A DNA stretch of 64,000 nucleotides, from contig NW_027192224.1 of NCBI RefSeq assembly GCF_041956535.1, positions 165,136 through 229,135 on the forward strand. Direction: 5' to 3'. The first letter of the stretch is position 1; each line of letters begins with the position of its first letter. Positions 53,718 to 64,000 of the stretch are shown piece by piece. The notes under the pieces were generated by a model that did not search any database, had not been told where the DNA came from, and worked only from the letters and a program-made list of their open reading frames with translations. This DNA comes from Calcarisporiella thermophila CBS 279.70. Lineage: Eukaryota > Fungi > Calcarisporiellomycota. The translations under genes and the position numbers were made by a program.

Positions 53718-56401
53718 ATGGCTGAAGCTGAGGTCTTCGTAGCATCCACCACCCCGACTTCGCGAGGCCCGGACATTTTTCTAACCCGGCCCGCGCCACC
53801 CCGTAGGCGCGTCACCGGCCCCGACGGCGAATCCCGCCCGCAATCGACCGAGGCCCTCCTCGTCCAGCTCCAGCGCTCGCAGGCCATGTGCGACGAGCGC
53901 AGCGCCCGGATCAAGCAGCTCGAGGCGCGCATCACCGAGCTGGAGACGCTGCTGGACGCCCACAATGCCCAGTTCCGCCAGAAGGAACAGACTGAATGTA
54001 GCGTATTTTCTCGTGCTGATGCCATGAACGAACACGGGCTCTAACCCCGCGTGTTTCCTCCCCTTTGTAGCAAAGCTCCGAGAGGAATGCTGGAATCTCG
54101 AGCTCTCCATCCAGGACCTTCGCAGCCAGCTCGAAGCGGCCGCCCAGTCCGCCACGCGCCACCAGAACGACCAAATTCGGTGGCGCGAGCTGGTCGCGGC
54201 CGCGGCGGAGCAGGTCGAGCAGCTCCGCTCTGAAAACGAGGGCCTCCTCGCCAAGCAGGCCGACGCGAAAACCCAGGCGGAACAGGAGAGCGCCGCCCAC
54301 AGGCGGCAGCTGGCCGCGCTGCAGCGCGAGAACAAAAACCTGGTCCAGCAGATGCAGGAGCTGGTCGCCGAGCTGGAGGGCCTGCGTCACAAGGCTCGCA
54401 TTGCGCAGAGACCGCGGTCCAAGCAATCCGCCGCCGCCGCCGCAACCATCCTGCCCCCGGAGGATGCGCCCGCTGGAGCCACGGGCTCAGAGCTGGAAAT
54501 CGATTTCGCGGATCATGCTGCGCTCGACCGGCCGCGCGGTGAGCCCCTTGGAATGCTCCGGGACCACGCCGGGTCTCCGCGCGAAAGCCCAAGCCCCAGA
54601 TCAAGCACGAGGGCGAGACGGAGAGGCTTCGGGGTCCGGTTCGGCGGGAAGAAATCGGTCCGCGCGAAGAAAGCCGGCGCCCACGGTGGAGAGGAGGGCA
54701 CGGGCGAAGTGCCGGCGCCAGAGGAGAAGCCGCACCCGCAGCGACGCCCCAACGCGGACTCCCAGCTGGAGGACGAGGACGCCCTCTCTGACGAGGACGA
54801 AAATGGGCTGGACTCGCGGCTGCTGCCTCCCCTGACCGAGTACGACGCCATGCTCTCCGCCGGCGATTTCATTGCCAACAGTCTTTTTGCAGAGCTCTCC
54901 GCGCTCAACCACGCCTCCCCGCTCGTCTCCCCCCCCTCCGACTTCTCGTCTTCCACCGCCGAATCGCGCGCCGACTCTCCCCTCAAGCCGGAAACCTCCG
55001 AAACTAGAGGCGTGCCCAAGGAGGAGAGCGCCAGCACCCTTCTCGGCCTGACCTCTCTCCTGTCGCAGACGGGACCTTCGGGTGCAACCGCCCCGGCCGA
55101 GAAAAACCCCGGAGGCGCCCAAGAGTTCGCTGAGACAAATCGGAGGGCTGTCTCCGCACCCGTCGCCCCCGCGGGCTCGACGCAAGCCACACGGCCCCCC
55201 TCAGAAGCAAAGGGAAGAGGGGGGAGGGCGCAGCGTGCAACGGATGAGACATCGGAGATTTCCTCCTCGAGGGCTTCGCAGGGTAAAGCGGAGGCCGCTA
55301 GCGACAAAGAGACTTCATCCCGTAAGAAGCAGCCGCATCGGTCTCAACCCTCCCTGGCGAGCACAACCCGGCGCTCGAAATCCTCATCCAGCGAAAGCCT
55401 GAGGCACAGAGAGGCCTCCGCCCTGCCCGAGTCCCTTCGGATCCCGTTTGACCTGCCCGCCTCCAAGCCTTCTCGGGCACTGGTGTTACGCCGTACCGAA
55501 TCCACCGATAGGGTGTCCTCCCTGCACAACCCCCCTCCCTCCTCTGACCACTCCAAGTCAAAACCTGCCGCTTTAACCACCCCAGCCACCACGTCGCCGT
55601 CCACCACCTCCCTCTCCTCCTCCTCCGCCTCCGCTTCCTCCTCCGTCCCCGCCTACCCTCCCCACAAACGGTATGCTTCGGGCAAGCGGCCCAAAGAGCC
55701 GGCTCGGGCCCCCGCGGCCCACCGCGGCCCAAGAGACCACTTCATTGCGGTGCCCAACTTCGTGCCCGTTCCCGTCCCGATGAAGTCCAGGATACTCCCC
55801 GGGAAAAACAGGGCGAAAAAGCAAGAGAATCCGCCGCCAGTGCCCCCCGCGCCCGTGGATAAGAGCATCCTCGCCGCCATCACGGCAACCATGATGGGCG
55901 AGTTTCTGTGGAAATACATGCGCAAGCTTGGAGGAGGACCGTCCGAGAAGCGGCACCAGAGATTCGTGTGGGTGCACCCCTACATGCGCACCATTTATTG
56001 GAGCGCAAAGCGACCCGGCGTTGTCGGATCGGCGGAAGCGAAAGCCAAAAGTGGTAATGTCTCTTTCCACGTCTACGATGGCGATTTCCTCCTTGGGTTG
56101 GACCTGAGACTAACAAGTCCCCATGTATCACTCTCCTTCTTTTTTTCCCCCAGCCTTCATCGAGTCCGCCTACGCCGTCCCCGGCTATCCGCAGCAAAAC
56201 CCCGATCTTCCGCATGTCTGCTTGATCGTGCGCACGCCCCAACGCGAGCTCAAATTCATTGCCGCGTCTCGCGAGCGCCACGACATTTGGATGCGATCCC
56301 TCACGTATCTTCTTTCGCGCCCCTGGGTCTCGTCTTCTGCAGCATCACTACCCCTCCGGCTGGAGAATCAGACAAGCGTCTCGAAAAGAGCTGAGGGCTA
56401 A
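53718..56401 (+). CDS. Num1/ApsA/Mcp5-like cortical protein (coiled coil + Mcp5-type PH domain), 3 exons
   Basis: N-terminal coiled coil; AAITATMMGEFLWKYMRK..KRHQRFVWVHPYMRTIYWS..TPQRELKFIAASRERHDIWMRSLTYL. Confidence 0.85.
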
Positions 56402-57216
56402 GCAAAGGGGAAGATGGGCAGCTAGGCAGCCAGGCGAACGAGCGAGCAATATTCGATTAGATTAATAATGACAAATAGCCGATCCTATCATCCCCCGGGC
56501 GGTAGCGGTTCCAATTAGATATCTAGATAAGTTATTACGCATTTTGTTTCACGCTTCATATAATTGAATCATCCCTATTTCCATTTAACATTGTGATTCC
56601 CCCTCCCATCCAATTAATAGACATTCCACTCTACCCTTCCCTCTAATTTATTTCTCCACCCCCCTCTCCTCCATTCCCCCTGCGACCAATCCTTGTTAGC
56701 TTCTCGTTGTTTCTAACGAGTTTAGGCAACTTGTTCATCCTTGTCGTTCTTAATAGCTTTATTTTGCCCTCTATCTCTTTGACATAATTTTGTTTAGTAA
56801 TGCAATGTCTCGAGTTCTCTTTTGTTTAATTGGCTTAATACAAGTGAAGTGACAAGACAGTGTGAATGTGGGAACCTAGATCAATAATCGAGGTTTCAGA
56901 ATGTGTATGAAAGCTAAAGGGGGGCAAAATTACGAGGGGGCCTTGAGAACGGAGGTGGACAGGGTGCATACCAGGCCAGAGTCCATGTTGTAATGTCATT
57001 TTTATTACAGTGGCATTACACAATAGATGAGGGCGATCTTTAAGGAGCCGACTGTAAAGGGCAATCGCCTCACATCACAGAGCATGGTACGACGATAGCT
57101 TTCAAATTTATTATCTTACATAATAGGACAATCTCTGCAAACACGCAAAGTAAGCTTCTGCCTACCCCCCCCTTTCCTGCACACTCCGTGCGTTCCACAA
57201 CCGAAATCGCGAGCCT

Positions 57217-58022
57217 TCATCGCCTCTTCTTGAAAATCTCAACGTGCTTTTGCAAGCGCTCCCACTCGGGTGTAGTTGCTTTGACGCTGGGACGCGATCG
57301 AAGCGCCCGCCCATACGCATTGACGCGCTCGTATTCTTCCGTCTCTGGAATCTCAAAACCAATCTCTTGAACCAGAGGAAACCGCGCAAAGAATGGAGCC
57401 ACCGCAATGTCCGCATAGGTCAATTCCTCACCCAGGAGGAATGGTCCATCGGATTGTTTCACGAGGAAGTCGTTAATCTCACGTAACCCCTTGAGGAACT
57501 GTTCGTACTCCTCTACGCCGGCGGAAAAGGCTTTGAAGAAATGGGGCAACACCCTCTCGAAAAGTCCCAAGAACAATCGAGATTGAGCACGGGCGAGAGG
57601 ATCTTGGACCTGAATGCTGTGGAAGAATCGCGGTGAGATAATTGATCAACACTCTGCTCGTGTGCTACTCATTAGCCCATTTCCATCCTCACCTTGTATT
57701 GTTCCCATACTTTTCCAACAAATACTCTAAAATAATAAGCGACTCAACGATGGTCTCCTCGCCTACCTTGAGCGCGGGGACTTTTCCTTCGGGGTGTACT
57801 TTGAAATACCTAAGTGAAATCGAAATTTGAATATCACATTGATATGGGCAATCTTCTTTACCACTCTATATAGAATGGGCCTTACCACTCAGGCTTGTTG
57901 GAGAGATCGATGGGAACGGTCTCATCCGGAACGACGCCGAGTTCTTGTAGCGCGATAGCTGCGCGCTGGCAGAATGGACACTCGTGTGATGTGTAGAAGA
58001 CAAGGCTTTGGTTGGAAGACAT
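57217..58022 (-). CDS. Cys-type glutathione transferase (omega/DHAR-like, CPFC motif), 3 exons
   Basis: YTSHECPFCQRAAIAL..IDLSNKPEW|YFKVHPEGKVPAL..IVESLIILEYL; C-domain GPFLLGEELTYADIAVAPFFAR. Confidence 0.9.
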
Positions 58023-60055
58023 AGTGCAGGCGAGGTGCCAATGGGTGGTTATGGATGCTTATTCGGATGAATTGGCCTTGCCTAGGACACTATATGTCCT
58101 TTTTATAGAGGGCATCGGAAAGACTTTCAAAATATATCATCCAGCATTAATAAGCAAACGTGGTTATCTCGTACTCCGAATTTCAACCCGATACAATAGT
58201 AATCTGATGCTTCCCTCTTCCTCGAGATGAATAAGTAACCCTATTTCACACTCATAGAAGGAGAGGTGGACAAGATGAAGCTGGGCAATGTGGAGCTTGC
58301 TATTGGCTATGTTAAACTACCGATGTTGGATTAATATACCATAAAGAGAAGGGATGAATCATCCTTGTGGTTACTACCCCCATAAATATCTAGGACGGAT
58401 ATACATTATTGCGGAAAAATGAATCCATCCGCTCATTGAGCTTTCTCGATATTCCATCAAGTATTAGTGTTCGATTTGGATCTAACAAAATGGACTTTTA
58501 CACAGAGAAACGATTTGTATTGTTAAACGCTGGTTTTTTTATGGATGTTACTAACAATTTATGTTTGTGGTCATAACAATATCAAGGCACAGAGAATGTA
58601 CGGTGGGGTAGCTTCAACTCATTATTTCTTATTATTAATATTAAATTTCCAAACAGAGTGCTTAAATATCAACTTATGTTGACATGCGCATATTCATAGG
58701 CTCATGAATAGGTTGGTATTTAAGCATAGATAGGAGATGCTTTGTAAACCTCTGCTGGATATCACTATTTTCAGTGCAGTGCACGACAGCTCATGTATGG
58801 CCCGGCGAGGATTCAAGTGGCAATTTTTTTCATGCACGCATAGCTTTTCTCGCCAACTGCACAAACCCAGCTTATGCATTTGGTAAGACATTTATTCATC
58901 TGTGGCTCATTAGCTGCCTGGAAGACAAATGTGGCGAATTTTAGCAGTCTCCCATTGATTCTAGTTCAATTGGAATTAGTCTACAATGAACGCACTTCTC
59001 GTCTCTGTATTCCTGAATGCCAGCTTAAACTAATCAATAAAGACAAAACTATTTTACATCAGAAGATATCATCCTGACGAATTGCTTCTTTTTTTTATTA
59101 ATCTCAATCCACAAACTTCATAAGGAAACTTCCACTGAGTTTTTTTCAGCCTGGTCCTGCCTTGGGTGCTTAAGTCGTTACATACTAGAAAAATCCACCA
59201 ACCTCAACACGTGTGTGTGGATGCCCGCTTTATCGCAACTACATGATTTATACCTGAAAGGTCGATCTCAACCACGCTCTTAGTTCGGAAAGCTTGGTTA
59301 AAGTAAATCTTTTTATCTGATTTATTCGCAACTACCCAGGTTCCCATTTCTTGAGTTTCGATTTCAATTATTCAAAGTATCATTGCTTCTTCATTAAATA
59401 AACACTCACCAGACTCTTTGTTGAGTTACTAGAACGAATTTGCGGCTAGAGGCCAGAAAAAAATATTGGAGAATAGATAATGAAATTCAGAATATTGAAT
59501 CGTAACCGCATTTTAATAATGGTACGAGGAAAATATTGTCACTGACATTTGCCAGCTTAGAACGTATGTTGATTATGTTTATGTGTTATTCTTTACAAGT
59601 AAAGAGATGATAAATTGAGAAATATCCAAGATTAATATTAAAAGCGGGTACATGATTTGGAATATCTTCCTAAATCTTTCGGATGGTAATGAGCCAAGCT
59701 CTTTTAAAGTGGAAGCGCTGTCATCTAATCGAGGTTTTCAATAGGCATGAGCGACGCAAATAATGCTGTTAGTATAGAGTCTTTCCCACATGCCGTTGAC
59801 TATCTACTACCTTATCATTGCTTATTAACAAGCTTGTTAATATGAAGTGGAAGTGTTCGCCTTTTAATCGGATATATTCGAGGCCTTTCTTGGCCCTTAA
59901 CTTAGTTCGCTTTTACATAGGTAGTTTGGATTTCTATAAGAAACATTATAGAATAGATTACTGTAAAAAGCATCTTATACTAGACTCTATCTATCCATTA
60001 TTTTAAACATTTACAAAAAGCCAGGTGGCAAACAATGATAGAAATCCTCATATAC

Positions 60056-60421
60056 TCAAATGAATGGAATAGCGGGCATAGCTCCTCCACGAACATATGG
60101 AGTAAAATCCATATATTCTGCATCTTGGATAGAAACTCGAATACTTATAAGGTGAGGATCCCCACTTGGAGACTGGCCGTTTATCCACGGTAAATTACGA
60201 ATACGGCCAAGATGAAGTAACACAAGCATAAGCTGGCACCCCTCTTGACGCCGAAACATACTCTGCTGAACTCGTATATACCCAAACTCGGAGAGGAGAG
60301 AGGCAATTTCTTTATAATGTTGGACATGCGAGCCGTACGATTCAATTAGGGCCCTGCGTCCTAGGTCGTACTGAATTATCCAATGTCCAAAACTCACAAG
60401 ACTTTCTCTAACAGCTTGCAT
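60056..60421 (-). CDS. VapD/Cas2-like ferredoxin-fold nuclease homologue, copy 1 (intronless, 121 aa)
   Basis: WIIQYDL (hhhhYD with the catalytic-position Asp19), L..SYG..HY.EI..LL..FGYIRVQQSMF (Cas2 RVQxSVF / VapD GFxxxQGSVY), LPW..SIRV..MDFTPYV (VapD W..DIR..DFT). Recognised by eye. Confidence 0.78.
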   Translation of the reverse strand: MQAVRESLVSFGHWIIQYDLGRRALIESYGSHVQHYKEIASLLSEFGYIRVQQSMFRRQEGCQLMLVLLHLGRIRNLPWINGQSPSGDPHLISIRVSIQDAEYMDFTPYVRGGAMPAIPFI

Positions 60422-60975
60422 TTTGTTAATTTTATGTATTTGAAGAAGTTGACACTAATATGAAACCAGGTTGAGCTTTATTGAACCTATGCTGATTTAA
60501 CTCAAAGCTTTTATACAGCAAATACAATACAATATTTGCTGTCATTAGATTACAACATGAAAATGAATGAAGCAATCCTTTCTATTTCATATGAAAAGCG
60601 TACATATATCAAACAAAGAGATGATGCTAAATTTGAGACCATAATGATCTAGGAAGGGATGTTATATTTCTTGTCCCATATCCCCTGTGTGCCTTGTCCA
60701 AAGAGAGGTAAGTGCAATAGTGGGTCCTTTGTAACACTTTAATAGCCCACAAACGATTTATCAAATATTATTCACCTAGCTTTGTGTTGTTATGAATTTA
60801 ATCTGTTAGGTTATAGTTATATCTATCTCCTTTGTTTCTTAACATGACGAATTGAATATTTCATGAAGCCACATCAATTAGGTTTAAGAATATGAAAAAT
60901 CTGATATATACGTAAGAATGAGTCGTCCCGAGAAGCCAACCAAAGCAACTCCCAATTCATTTCTATACAAAAACA

Positions 60976-61976
60976 ATGTCGGAAGAAAATACTCCTCTGG
61001 ACATCGAGTATATAAGAAATCGTAGGCATTAGTTAACTCTGACTCTTTTTTTCCTCTTTTCTATCTCCTACTGAATATCTTTTGATATATTCTGATAAAC
61101 AGATTGCGAGAACATCCTTAGAGATAGTGAAGAAGTAGCACGAGTGTATTATGAGTGCATGATTACCGATAAATATGGACAAAGATACCTTGATCCTGCT
61201 AAATGTGAGACCAACAATTTCGATCCGATAAAGTAAATGGGTTGGTATTGTGATCCAGCTGAGGTACAGCTGACGTATTCTATAATAGAGCTTGTAATGA
61301 CCAAGTTACGAGGATGAAGCTAATAGCCAAGTATTGCAGCGATATTAGTAGGATGTATGATTGGCGTGAAGCAGACAGATTGATATTATCGCTTATGTAA
61401 GTAAGCAATAACTCATATATTATTGATATATGGAGGGTGGAGTGAGAGTCATCTTGCCTCTTTAGACCAGAGAAATATCAGAAAAAACAAACCGGGCGCT
61501 CTTCAAAGGCCCCCTATATTCCGAAGCAGTCTCATATGCGTGTTGAAAAGCGATCACAAAACGTAAAGAATTCAGGGTTGATTTTAGAGACATATTACCA
61601 CATACTCCCATATACAATCATTGCAGAAAATTATTTCCTCCGTTTCCAGTGCAGCTCAACGTATCATCCCGAAGAAAGTCCAAAAGCGCAGCGGAAAGCA
61701 ATCGAAGAGAGTAAGTAGTGAACATCTAATTCGGACTTTATCTGTCATGACTGGTTGAGTATCATTTTGGCACTCTTGCAGGAGGCTCTTTCTATGCTCT
61801 GCAAGGCAGGCCAACTCGTCGGATGTGAAGTCAACATCGGCGATACCTATGCTAAAGTGATTGCCGCTAAAATGACTGAGGACTCTGTCCTGGTGGAAGT
61901 GAAGGAGGAGGTAGAGGAAGGTGTCTGGGATCAGTATGAGATCGAGTATAATATAAATATGAAACCGCTTCATTGA
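60976..61976 (+). CDS. Six-exon orphan protein (219 aa), divergent from VapD-like copy 1
   Basis: Exons 60976-61021, 61103-61232, 61289-61396, 61466-61562, 61627-61710 and 61782-61976 total 660 nt. All five introns are GT-AG and keep the frame open to TGA. Confidence 0.78.
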
Positions 61977-62794
61977 ACAAAGTGCAGAAATTAACCAATG
62001 AATATACATTGAATACAATACGTGTTATCAGTAGGTCAAATTAGACAAATAAATGCATCAATATTTTTCTACCTTTTTCTTAAAGTATATAAATTAGACC
62101 GAGATTCTTTTTGTCAATCAAAGGGAACTCTATTATAGCTAGTGACCTAAGTATTGCCATAGGTTGGTTCCAATGGAAAGCGTAGGGAAGGTTAATACTA
62201 GAACTGAGTACTGAAGGGAGAAACGGAATCTAAATTCACTCCAGTGAAATGGAAGAACAACAAATCTAGCCTCTGAAACTGTAGAACATATTTGGTTATA
62301 GAAGAAGCTTGGACTCATTTTGTAGCATTTTATTTTTTAGAATCCATATGTGAATATCAAAAATATTTTGTAGTGAGAAGCTAACACGAGTTTCCATCCA
62401 TCATCTTCGATAGTTTAACATATGATTGTATATACTCTGCTTGATTCGTACACATTTGGCGAGGAATGCGACAATGACCCTCTAGAATAGTGAAATGGGC
62501 AACATGTAATGGCCAAATCACATTGCCCAAGGTCATATTTTATTATCCAATGACTTACATTAATAAAACTTTTTCTAAAGGCTTACACTTTGTTCATTAT
62601 ATAAATAACAAAAAATGCGCGGACAGAGTAATTGTGTTGACTCTATGTTACCTCTTAATCATTATTGCCACAATTTAATTAAAATCGATTAGGTTAAGTT
62701 TAAGATAATGAAAATTTGGTATATATATATAAGTATGACTTGTCTCGAATATTCAAAAAAATTAAACACCTGAAATTATTATCAAGCAAACACA

Positions 62795-63042
62795 ATGTCA
62801 GTGGAATATACCAGTCTAGACGTAGAGTTTCTAAAAAAATCGTCTGCATTAGGAAATTTTATAACTTATAGCATCTTTTAATATATTCTATCTTCTACTT
62901 TTACTGAAAAGCCTATAACATACTTCGATTAAAAAGATGCATGAGCCTCGTTAGGGGGAATGAAGAATCAGCTCGGGTATATTATGAGTGCATGTGCACT
63001 AACAAATATGGACAAACGTATCTCGATCCTGAAAAAGGCTAG
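62795..63042 (+). pseudogene. Truncated paralogue of the 60976-61976 orphan
   Basis: MSVEYTSLDVEFLKK|..EESARVYYECMCTNKYGQTYLDPEKG* versus MSEENTPLDIEYIRN|..EEVARVYYECMITDKYGQRYLDPAKCE. TAG at 63040-63042 replaces GAG; exons 3-6 not recognisable. Confidence 0.8.
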
Positions 63043-63579
63043 GCTAACAGAAATATAAGTTTCATGCCTTCTCTACTTCCCAAAAAATATCGTTTATCCT
63101 TTATTTTGTACTGATAAAAATACCATTGGAGATTATGACGAAGCAAGAGTATATGAATTTTACTTTGATTATTCATAAAGTTGATATGCTTGCTACTCTC
63201 TCCCTTTTAACAAGCTAGCAAAATATAGGCGAGTTTAGATTTTATCATGTACAAAAGAGAGGAATTTTACTACTTACACAAATATATGAAGTAAATTACA
63301 TGTACTCAACCTCTTGAATGGAAGGAGTGGAATTCGAATCCATTTAATTGAATTTGGAAGGCAGCATTTAATCAACTTTATAGCACACCTTTAGTAATAC
63401 AAGCACCTGGCGATTTATTTTGCAGGTTATTGTAAAGTATTATTCTTAGATGCGCATCTCAAAAAATTTGTAACATCGAGCTAATAAATGGTTCTAACCG
63501 TTATTATATGCTTAACTTTCTCTGCCGAAAAAGCAAAATATTGGTAACCAACGGAGGCTTGTCGAGTCCCTTGTCATGC

Positions 63580-63945
63580 TCATAAGAGAGGAATAAAAGG
63601 CAATTCGCCACCACGTACATAATCTGTGAAATCCATAAATTCTGCATCTTGTATAGAGACTCGGATACTTCTTATATGGGGATCACCACTCGGAGATTGA
63701 CTCCTCACCCACGGTAAGATCCGGATATAAGAAAGTATACCCAGCACTTCAAAGAGATTGCAACTGTTTTGTTGTCGGAATATACTTTGCTGGATTCGAA
63801 AAAATCCGGCTTCAGACATGATAGTGGCGAGTTCTGTGTAATATTGAATATGTGAACCATATGAATCGATTAGGGCTCTTCGCCCTAGATCATATTGGAT
63901 GATCCAGTGGCCAAATCGAAAGAGACCCTCTCTGACAGCCTGCAT
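63580..63945 (-). CDS. VapD/Cas2-like nuclease homologue, copy 2 (intronless, 121 aa)
   Basis: Ungapped paralogue of copy 1 (82/121 identical by hand count); retains WIIQYDL, GFFRIQQSIF, LPW, SIRV and DFT. Confidence 0.78.
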   Translation of the reverse strand: MQAVREGLFRFGHWIIQYDLGRRALIDSYGSHIQYYTELATIMSEAGFFRIQQSIFRQQNSCNLFEVLGILSYIRILPWVRSQSPSGDPHIRSIRVSIQDAEFMDFTDYVRGGELPFIPLL

Positions 63946-64000
63946 TATATTCTTTTATGAGTTCAAAAGAAAATCAAGAGCAAAATACCTGTGAAAGTAT

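Noticed and set aside
62150-62300. Third VapD relic upstream of the truncated orphan
   Set aside because: Only an 8-nt match (GTACTGAA) to copy 1 with no extended similarity; treated as chance.
58050-64000. CRISPR-Cas locus suggested by Cas2-like ORFs
   Set aside because: No repeat-spacer array, cas1 or other cas gene is visible, and the C-terminal W..IR..DFT pattern fits stand-alone VapD better.

Overview
Intron-rich fungal genomic DNA, probably from an early-diverging lineage (inference from the gene content: APSES factors, a Num1/Mcp5-type PH protein, an HMMR-like protein and short GT-AG introns). About 21 conserved or plausible genes fill 0.5-58 kb: Ynd1-type apyrase, PH protein, BCS1-like AAA ATPase, two APSES factors, PDK1/Pkh kinase, SAP-like coiled-coil protein, bacterial-looking AP-superfamily phosphodiesterase, Fpr3/4, MMTAG2-like, Nse2/Mms21, Voa1/Big1-like, J-like/ankyrin/UBA protein, Rex1 exonuclease, Ran1/Pat1-type kinase, HMMR-like, RPS1 (eS1), Num1-like and a Cys-GST. 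The last ~6 kb is an AT-rich accessory block and holds the main finding. It has two intact, intronless 121-aa paralogues with the VapD/Cas2 nuclease signature (60056-60421 and 63580-63945; 82/121 identical by hand count). A six-exon 219-aa orphan gene, mostly invisible in the ORF track, is transcribed divergently from the first copy (60976-61976), and a truncated duplicate of that orphan follows (62795-63042). This could be a fungal VapD-based toxin/antidote or defence module undergoing birth-and-death duplication; that function is inference only. I saw no CRISPR array, cas1, tRNA or rRNA. All exon models and counts were done by eye, without database searches.
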